DNA of 24,000 nt from contig JAEWBQ010000004.1 in the NCBI GenBank assembly GCA_023391075.1, positions 60,379-84,378 of the forward strand. Direction: 5' to 3'. A program made the position numbers and the translations under genes. The DNA is from Candidatus Parcubacteria bacterium. Its GTDB lineage: Bacteria > Patescibacteriota > Saccharimonadia > Saccharimonadales > Saccharimonadaceae. Position 1 is the first letter of the stretch, and each line of letters begins with the position of its first letter. Positions 1 through 5,262 of this stretch are shown here, piece after piece. The notes under the pieces were generated by a model. That model had not been told where the DNA came from, ran no database searches, and was given only the letters and a program-made list of their open reading frames with translations.

Positions 1-42
1 CGGATCTTGCGGGTAATCTCCCGTTTGTAATCGTTCGGACAT
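1..42 (-). CDS. 5' end of a truncated CDS (MSERLQTGDYPQDP...), continues beyond the window start
   Basis: Minus strand: ATG at 42..40 preceded by AAGGAG-TTGCT; frame open to the window edge. Only 14 codons are visible. Confidence 0.5.
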   Translation of the reverse strand, partial: MSERLQTGDYPQDP

Positions 43-144
43 AGCAACTCCTTGTTGTAATTGCCCAGTATGTCAAATTATGGGCTGCTATGCAACAAAA
101 ATATGCCACTCGAGGTAGAGTGGCATATTCGAAGCTGACGCTGA

Positions 145-522
145 TTACGCGCGCTGAACGGCAGTTTCTGGCTGAGTTTTCGAAAACAGCACGACCAGGA
201 TGACTGCGATACCGACAGCGACGTGTGGCACCCAAACGTTCCAGGCCTGACCCGCGAAGCCAAACAGCCATGGTGACAGCAGCAGGAAGAGCGATGCTAC
301 GACATCAATAATTAGGTGCACAGGCATACCGATAACCTTGACGAGTCCCCATTCATAATTAGTGAACAGACTGTACAGGAAGAGGCCGATACCCAGGACA
401 ACCGGGATGACAACCGCTGGGCCGCCTACTGATGAGAAGCCGAAAATCATTGGGGCAAACATCAGGGCAATGGCAACCACGTAATCGAGGACACCGTGAA
501 CTTTGGTAGGAATAAAACGCAT
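145..522 (-). CDS. SPW-repeat-type small integral membrane protein (paralog 1)
   Basis: ORF with start MRFIPTKVHG preceded by AAGGAG; four hydrophobic segments and an SPWLFGFA motif. 47-residue-scale repeat resembles the SPW family (PF03779) from memory. Confidence 0.8.
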   Translation of the reverse strand: MRFIPTKVHGVLDYVVAIALMFAPMIFGFSSVGGPAVVIPVVLGIGLFLYSLFTNYEWGLVKVIGMPVHLIIDVVASLFLLLSPWLFGFAGQAWNVWVPHVAVGIAVILVVLFSKTQPETAVQRA

Positions 523-577
523 ATATTGCTCCTTATTTAAGTTATGTGGCAATCATAGCGCGGCCAGCGCCAGGAGT

Positions 578-609
578 TTGTAAGGAATATTACGGACAAG
601 CCGTATAAT
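578..609. promoter_or_regulatory. Dyad TTGTAAGGAATATTACGGACAA (578-599) next to TATAAT -10 box (604-609) of the Crp/Fnr gene
   Basis: Interrupted palindrome with TTGT/ACAA ends and AATATT centre; perfect TATAAT 6 nt before ATG 616. Confidence 0.45.
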
Positions 610-615
610 ACTGGT

Positions 616-1239
616 ATGGATAATATCGACTTTGTCAAAGCCTTTCCTCTCCGGCCGTTCACTAAGGGCGAAGTACTCCTCAGTGAAGGCGACGCCGCGC
701 ATACGCTGCTTGCCATACAGACCGGATACGTTAAAGTAAGCGCGATTGACGACAGCGGCAGCCAAAAGTTGCTATGGATTGCGGGGCGCTACGACGTCAT
801 ACCGGTCGAGCGTATGTTCAGCATGCGGACGAATCTACGTTATTTTTATACCGCCCTCAGCAATGGCGCTGCCTACCATGTCGACAAGCAGACCTTCCTA
901 GACAAGGCAGCCGACTCCCCTGCGCTCATGACAGAAATCGCCCGTGGCATCAGTCAGCACTACGACGAGCTGCTCGAACGGCTGCAAGGCGCGGGGCACC
1001 TGACTGTCCGCGAGCGCTTGATTGCAGTCCTTCGCTACATTGTCCAACATTTCAGCAGCGACACTACTGTTGATTTGTATGAGCTCGGCCTGCGCCTAAC
1101 TCATCAAGATCTTGCCGACATGATCGGCACTACCCGCGAAACCACCTCGCTCACTCTGGCCCAGCTCAAGCGCGAGGGCATGATCGACTACGGCCGGGAT
1201 CATTTCACCATTCATACCGAGCAACTGCTAAGTGCATAA
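616..1239 (+). CDS. Crp/Fnr-family transcriptional regulator
   Basis: 207-aa ORF; N-terminal cNMP-binding-like domain, C-terminal HTH segment LTHQDLADMIGTTRETTSLTLAQLKREGMIDY typical of Crp/Fnr proteins. Confidence 0.92.
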   Translation: MDNIDFVKAFPLRPFTKGEVLLSEGDAAHTLLAIQTGYVKVSAIDDSGSQKLLWIAGRYDVIPVERMFSMRTNLRYFYTALSNGAAYHVDKQTFLDKAADSPALMTEIARGISQHYDELLERLQGAGHLTVRERLIAVLRYIVQHFSSDTTVDLYELGLRLTHQDLADMIGTTRETTSLTLAQLKREGMIDYGRDHFTIHTEQLLSA

Positions 1240-1241
1240 TA

Positions 1242-1271
1242 ATACGCCGCTCTTTGTATAGAGCGGCGTAT
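1242..1271. terminator. 12-bp hairpin between convergent genes (no clear U-tract)
   Basis: ATACGCCGCTCT-TTGTAT-AGAGCGGCGTAT perfect inverted repeat. Confidence 0.55.
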
Positions 1272-1289
1272 CCATGGAGTAGCGACTGA

Positions 1290-1709
1290 CTACAACGCAG
1301 CGCGTGGATGGCGAGGCGTGTGGTGATGGCGGTGCCACTTGTGATCGGCGGCTTCGGTTTCAGGAGCCGAAATCAGCGTCACGATAATCAGGCCGATGCC
1401 CACGACGATATGCGGCAGCCACGCGTTCATCGCCTGATCGGCAAAGCCGAACAAGAACGGCGACAGCGCCAGAGCTGCGGCCAAGATCACGTCGATCATC
1501 ATGTGATATGGCACGCTGATGAGCTTGACGAGGCCCACTTCGTACTGCGTCAGAACGCTATAGAGCGCCAGCAGGATACCGAAAACGATCGGAATCACTA
1601 CTGCTGCTCCGCCGACGCTGGCGAACCCGAATAGAAACGGTGCCAAAATCAGCGCTAACGCTACTACTAAATCAATTATTCCATGTATTTTTGTCGGTAT
1701 CACTCGCAT
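1290..1709 (-). CDS. SPW-repeat-type small integral membrane protein (paralog 2) with His-rich tail
   Basis: MRVIPTKIHG... closely similar to the 145..522 product; AGGAGG upstream of ATG; C-terminal HKWHRHHHTPRHP. Confidence 0.8.
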   Translation of the reverse strand: MRVIPTKIHGIIDLVVALALILAPFLFGFASVGGAAVVIPIVFGILLALYSVLTQYEVGLVKLISVPYHMMIDVILAAALALSPFLFGFADQAMNAWLPHIVVGIGLIIVTLISAPETEAADHKWHRHHHTPRHPRAAL

Positions 1710-1786
1710 AGATCCCTCCTGGTTACCCTTTGTGCCTCTATCATATCCCGGCCATATTAAGGTGTATGTTAAGTATTTTACATATA

Positions 1787-1813
1787 TCAAAAACCGCCCG
1801 AATGGGGCGGTTT
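1787..1813 (-). terminator. Intrinsic terminator downstream of rpsG
   Basis: AAACCGCCC (1791-1799)/GGGCGGTTT (1805-1813) perfect 9-bp stem; minus strand continues into a T-run. Confidence 0.85.
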
Positions 1814-1832
1814 AAGACTGCGCGGGTTGTGA

Positions 1833-2312
1833 TTAGCCGCGGGCAAAGTGCGCGAATGCGCGGTTGGCTTCGGCCATCTTGTGTGTGTCTTCCTTCTTCT
1901 TGAAGGCTGCACCGGCTTCGTTGTAAGCATCAACGATTTCGAGTGCGAGACGCTGAGAGTATGGCATGCCGCTACGAGCGCGAGCTGACTGCACAAGCCA
2001 TGAGAATGCGTAATGCATCTGGCGGTGACCAGAAACTGGGAATGGAATCTGGTAGTTTGCGCCACCGACACGGCGTGACTTAACTTCAAAGTTTGGCGAA
2101 ACGTTCTTGAGTGCCTTTTCGAACACTGCGAGTGGATCTTCGCTATCGACTTTCTTAGCAGCGACTTCGAGTGCGGTGTAGACAGCACGCTCAGCAACAA
2201 GCTTCTTGCCGTCAAGCATCGACTTGTTGATCAGGCGCTGGACGAGCGGGCTCTGGTACTTGCGGTCTGGCTTTGGTACGCGAACGAGCGATTTGGTTAC
2301 TTTACGAGGCAT
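1833..2312 (-). CDS. rpsG: 30S ribosomal protein S7
   Basis: 159-aa ORF; MPRK...RKYQSPLVQRLINKSMLDGKK...FEVKSRRVGGANYQIPFPV is characteristic of S7; directly after rpsL with AAGGAGG. Confidence 0.97.
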   Translation of the reverse strand: MPRKVTKSLVRVPKPDRKYQSPLVQRLINKSMLDGKKLVAERAVYTALEVAAKKVDSEDPLAVFEKALKNVSPNFEVKSRRVGGANYQIPFPVSGHRQMHYAFSWLVQSARARSGMPYSQRLALEIVDAYNEAGAAFKKKEDTHKMAEANRAFAHFARG

Positions 2313-2314
2313 GA

Positions 2315-2728
2315 CTACTTGTCCTCCTTCTTAGCACCGTACTTCGAACGGCCCTGCTTGCGCTTTGAGACACCCTGGAGGTCCAGTGCACCACGAACGA
2401 TGTGGTAACGAACACCTGGAAGGTCTGGCACGCGACCACCACGCACGAGCACAACGGCGTGCTCCTGGAGGTTGTGGCCTTCACCACCGATATAAGCCCA
2501 AACTTCCTGACCGTTGGTCAGACGAACACGAGCAACCTTGCGGAGTGCCGAGTTAGGCTTCTTTGGTGTCTTGGTGGTTACCTTGATACAGACACCACGC
2601 TTCAGCGGAGCATCTTGATCGTAGTAACGAGTCTTGAGTGCGTTGTGGATGCGACCAAGTGCTGGAGACTTCGATTTCTTCGCAGCAGTCTTGCGTGGCT
2701 TACGCACGAGTTGGTTGATAGTTGGCAT
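2315..2728 (-). CDS. rpsL: 30S ribosomal protein S12
   Basis: [13 protein letters not shown]...[71 protein letters not shown] is diagnostic of S12; SD CAGGAG. Confidence 0.99.
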   Translation of the reverse strand: MPTINQLVRKPRKTAAKKSKSPALGRIHNALKTRYYDQDAPLKRGVCIKVTTKTPKKPNSALRKVARVRLTNGQEVWAYIGGEGHNLQEHAVVLVRGGRVPDLPGVRYHIVRGALDLQGVSKRKQGRSKYGAKKEDK

Positions 2729-2881
2729 GAAAACTCCTGTTGTTCATGGTTAATGAGACGAGATTGTCTCTGGTTTTATGGGTTGGCCTCAGCATGACCG
2801 CGCCATCTTTACTCTTCGGCTGCCTATCGTGTGTACACATTCTCTCACGGCTAGACTCCAAAAAGTGGAAACTCATCTAAT

Positions 2882-2910
2882 ATCGTAGCAGATTAAGGTA
2901 ATTATTTCAA
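2882..2910 (-). promoter_or_regulatory. Putative rpsL-rpsG promoter TTGAAA-N17-TACGAT
   Basis: -35 at 2905-2910, -10 at 2882-2887 (minus), TG-C extended -10; leaves a ~150-nt leader. Confidence 0.6.
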
Positions 2911-2914
2911 GATA

Positions 2915-2963
2915 TGAAGGGAGCCCGGAGGCTCAACGAAGGGATTACCTTCGCGGGCCTTCA
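2915..2963 (-). other. Three-way-junction-capable inverted repeat downstream of the small ORF
   Basis: Outer TGAAGG/CCTTCA (2915-2920/2958-2963), hairpin GAGCC/GGCTC (2921-2925/2930-2934), hairpin CGAAGG/CCTTCG (2937-2942/2948-2953). Confidence 0.55.
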
Positions 2964-2995
2964 CGGGCTCAGGAACCGGCACGTACGCCGGACCG

Positions 2996-3280
2996 TCATG
3001 CCGGCTGCGGCGCAGCTGCCTTTGGGGCGGCCTGCGCCAACACGTTCGACAAACCGCACTTTGCAAGGCGCAAGCTTGCCGAGGTAGTTGCCTCGCACAG
3101 AGCATCGAGCACGGCCAGGGCGTCCTCGTAGTGCTTGTGCTCAAGGGCGGTTTCGACCTTGCTGCAGGCTTCGGAATGAGCCTCCCGATGCGGCTCGAGG
3201 CGGAACCTCACGTCGGCAACGGCAGCGGCGATGTTTGCCTGGGCCTGCCGGCGCTCTCCAACTGCATCAAAAGCTTTCAC
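2996..3280 (-). CDS. Hypothetical small protein, Ala-rich
   Basis: 94-codon ORF with GTG start preceded by AAGGGG; putative upstream promoter TTGACC-N17-TAGGCT (3329-3357). Confidence 0.55.
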   Translation of the reverse strand: MKAFDAVGERRQAQANIAAAVADVRFRLEPHREAHSEACSKVETALEHKHYEDALAVLDALCEATTSASLRLAKCGLSNVLAQAAPKAAAPQPA

Positions 3281-3394
3281 AAGATTCCCCTTGTCTGTGT
3301 GCGGTCGCGGTGTTGCGATTCCTTTCCTAGCCTACGCCCCTCCTCACTAGGGGTCAAATACAAAATTTACAGCGTTATGTGGAAAACGAAAAGA

Positions 3395-3441
3395 GCCCGG
3401 GAAGAGCCATCTGCGACCATAGTCGCGGACTCTTTCCGGGC
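3395..3441 (-). terminator. Nested-hairpin terminator
   Basis: GCCCGGGAAGAG/CTCTTTCCGGGC (3395-3406/3430-3441, one wobble) enclosing GCGAC/GTCGC; minus strand followed by TCTTTTCGTTTTCC. Confidence 0.7.
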
Positions 3442-3445
3442 ACAC

Positions 3446-3799
3446 CTACTGCTTGACGAAGTGTTGCTCAAGCAGATTTGCCAGGTCGGCGTGACCCTGC
3501 CTGCGCAGGTGCCGAGCAGCCCACTGGTATTGCTCATCTTCGAAGTACTGAAAACACAGTTCTTCGATGGCAAACACTTGGGCGAAATGCTCGATTTGCC
3601 GATCAGTCAGGCGGCCATTGCTGACACGCCGAACCTCCTCTTGCGCTCGTTGCGTACGCTGCTGGCGGGCGTTAATGTTTTCCATAACCTTCCCCCGTGG
3701 CTTGACTCCACAGCGCTCTACGGCTGGCGAGGTTGGTTTCACCTCCTTACGCCGTCTGCGCTTCAGCTTTTCCGTCGTTGAGCTCCCCAGCTTGCCCAT
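3446..3799 (-). CDS. Hypothetical protein (MGKLGSSTTEKLKRRRRKEVK...)
   Basis: Continuous ORF with basic N-terminus and charged/helical C-terminus; flanked by putative promoter and terminator. Start codon uncertain. Confidence 0.55.
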   Translation of the reverse strand: MGKLGSSTTEKLKRRRRKEVKPTSPAVERCGVKPRGKVMENINARQQRTQRAQEEVRRVSNGRLTDRQIEHFAQVFAIEELCFQYFEDEQYQWAARHLRRQGHADLANLLEQHFVKQ

Positions 3800-3862
3800 T
3801 GCATATCTTTCTGTCTCGTAGGTGCATGACACACGACCGCACGGTGTGGCCGAGCTGCCACT

Positions 3863-3891
3863 AGGATAGTCCTGCGCAACGAGAAACACAA
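3863..3891 (-). promoter_or_regulatory. Putative promoter TTGTGT-N17-TATCCT
   Basis: -35 3886-3891, -10 3863-3868 on minus strand. Confidence 0.4.
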
Positions 3892-3916
3892 TAGGTTTTG
3901 ATCCCAAAAATCGAAA

Positions 3917-3966
3917 CGCCCGCCGAACCAGCTGCTACTGGAATTCAGTAGGCGATTCGACGGGCG
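3917..3966 (-). terminator. Nested-hairpin terminator
   Basis: CGCCCGCCGAA/TTCGACGGGCG (3917-3927/3956-3966, one mismatch) enclosing CTACTG/CAGTAG (3935-3940/3946-3951); minus strand followed by TTTCGATTTTTGG. Confidence 0.7.
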
Positions 3967-3983
3967 GATGCCCAAGGGTGGTG

Positions 3984-4136
3984 TTACGACTCATTCTCAT
4001 CTGAATCATCGACGTCTGACTCCGGCTGTTCACCGGTTTCTTCCCGGTCAAGCCATTCTTCCGCCTTCGGAGCTTCACTGGCATAGAAACCAAATCCGCT
4101 TGGAGGCGTGAAGAGCTCGGGCTTATACCCTGCCAT
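3984..4136 (-). CDS. Small acidic hypothetical protein (50 aa, MAGYKPELFTPPSGFGFYASEAPKAEEW...)
   Basis: ATG overlaps the stop of the upstream ORF (TAATG) with GAGAAGGAG nearby; C-terminus EETGEQPESDVDDSDENES. Confidence 0.6.
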   Translation of the reverse strand: MAGYKPELFTPPSGFGFYASEAPKAEEWLDREETGEQPESDVDDSDENES

Positions 4137-4474
4137 TACTTCTCCTTCTCGAGGATGAGATCGAACGTACGACACACAAGCTCGATCTCTTCGTTGATTT
4201 TCCCGATGCGACCCTCGCACGTCTGACGGCGAGAGCGCAGCGCTTCGTTGGGAGGAGGCGTCGGGATAAACGTCAGACGCACCCTGAGCCGACGGCGGAG
4301 CAGCACGAGGATCCGGATGAGGTCTTCGGGCGTGGAGACGGCGAGCAAATCCTTACTTGTGACCTCGCACACCGTGTGGTACCTGCCGTACACGACGCGC
4401 TTCAAGTAAGCAAGCTTTTCTTCACGTGTCGCTTCGTCGCTGACCCGCCCGACAGGCAGGGTATGCAGAGACAT
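4136..4474 (-). CDS. Hypothetical protein (112 aa)
   Basis: Complete ORF MSLHTLPVGRVSDEATREEK... with an upstream GAGGAA-like SD and a strong putative promoter. Confidence 0.7.
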   Translation of the reverse strand: MSLHTLPVGRVSDEATREEKLAYLKRVVYGRYHTVCEVTSKDLLAVSTPEDLIRILVLLRRRLRVRLTFIPTPPPNEALRSRRQTCEGRIGKINEEIELVCRTFDLILEKEK

Positions 4475-4519
4475 GAGTGTACTTCCTCTCAGTAGTAGAA
4501 ACCGCTTGGGACTTTGTAA

Positions 4520-4548
4520 ATTATATCACACTTTCGCTTATTTATCAA
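4520..4548 (-). promoter_or_regulatory. Putative strong promoter TTGATA-N17-TATAAT with extended -10 (TGATATAAT)
   Basis: -35 4543-4548, -10 4520-4525 (minus). Confidence 0.75.
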
Positions 4549-4560
4549 TGCTCAGAAAAA

Positions 4561-4613
4561 TGAAACGGCCCGCCGAGCGGGCCTGAGTTTTGGTAAACTC
4601 GGCGGCCGTTTCA
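4561..4613 (-). terminator. Long-stem terminator with alternative internal hairpins
   Basis: TGAAACGGCCCGCCGAG (4561-4577) pairs with CTCGGCGGCCGTTTCA (4598-4613) with one bulged C; minus strand followed by TTTTTC. Confidence 0.75.
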
Positions 4614-4626
4614 GCGGGCGATTGCC

Positions 4627-4845
4627 CTAGAGCTCGAGGTGATCGTACTTGCAGACCTGGGTCAGGAAGCGGTACAGTTCACGCTTGAGCGTGTTGTTCG
4701 GATTTCCAACCATTCTGTAGTAACCGATCATCTGATCGATCTTCTGCTGGTTGGTACGGTTCTTGTCGAGGCCGGGGACCTTCGCAGAGAAATACGCGAC
4801 TCCCTCGTCGAACGTCATAGCAGCAACATCTTTGGAGCGTGGCAT
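4627..4845 (-). CDS. Hypothetical protein (MPRSKDVAAMTFDEGVAYFSAKVPGLDKNR...)
   Basis: 72-codon ORF, ATG with AGAGG upstream, 10 nt after the preceding gene; terminator immediately downstream. Confidence 0.65.
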   Translation of the reverse strand: MPRSKDVAAMTFDEGVAYFSAKVPGLDKNRTNQQKIDQMIGYYRMVGNPNNTLKRELYRFLTQVCKYDHLEL

Positions 4846-4855
4846 AGTGCCTCTT

Positions 4856-5146
4856 TCAGTCGGTTGAGTACATGGTTTTGAGCTGGAGCAGGAAGTCGCC
4901 AAGACGCTTCCATTCTTGCTCCCAATGGCGATGCTCCTGCTCGCTGCCTGCATGAATCAGGCGGTGATAGAAATACACCAACAATGCTTCGAGCTCACCG
5001 ATAAGCTCATCAATCGTCGTCACACAGACAAGGCTTGACTGGTGACTGCGATACCGATCAACGGTACGCTGGATAATCCGATGAGGTTCGGGGCGAACAT
5101 CCTTTTGGACGCGTGCCTCAACCTCCTCGTAGGACAGGATGGACAA
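4856..5146 (-). CDS. Hypothetical protein with TTG start (MSILSYEEVEARVQKDV...)
   Basis: AAAGGAGAACA-TTG on minus strand; the longer ORF in the track would start upstream of or within the putative promoter. Confidence 0.65.
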   Translation of the reverse strand: MSILSYEEVEARVQKDVRPEPHRIIQRTVDRYRSHQSSLVCVTTIDELIGELEALLVYFYHRLIHAGSEQEHRHWEQEWKRLGDFLLQLKTMYSTD

Positions 5147-5183
5147 TGTTCTCCTTTGGTATTCACCATTAAGGCTAATTACT

Positions 5184-5212
5184 ATTATAGCAGAAATAAG
5201 CATAAAAAGCAA
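5184..5212 (-). promoter_or_regulatory. Putative promoter TTGCTT-N17-TATAAT
   Basis: -10 5184-5189, -35 5207-5212 (minus); the -35 falls at the 3' edge of the rpoC terminator stem. Confidence 0.7.
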
Positions 5213-5239
5213 TATCCCTGCTCTTTCGAACAGGGATAT
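5204..5239 (-). terminator. rpoC terminator
   Basis: ATATCCCTG (5212-5220)/CAGGGATAT (5231-5239) stem; minus strand followed by TGCTTTTTATG. Confidence 0.65.
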
Positions 5240-5262
5240 ATACTTGTGTGAGGTTTTATTGC

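Noticed and set aside
78-263. 61-aa minus-strand ORF near the window start
   Set aside because: Overlaps the 3' part of the SPW gene in another frame and has no family resemblance.
2902-3144. 80-aa minus-strand ORF upstream of rpsL
   Set aside because: Overlaps the better 2996-3280 ORF in another frame, lacks a convincing SD and runs through the branched hairpin.
3131-3781. 216-aa plus-strand ORF across the small-gene array
   Set aside because: Spans putative minus-strand promoter and terminator elements and overlaps better supported minus-strand ORFs. It remains formally possible because those genes are themselves orphans.
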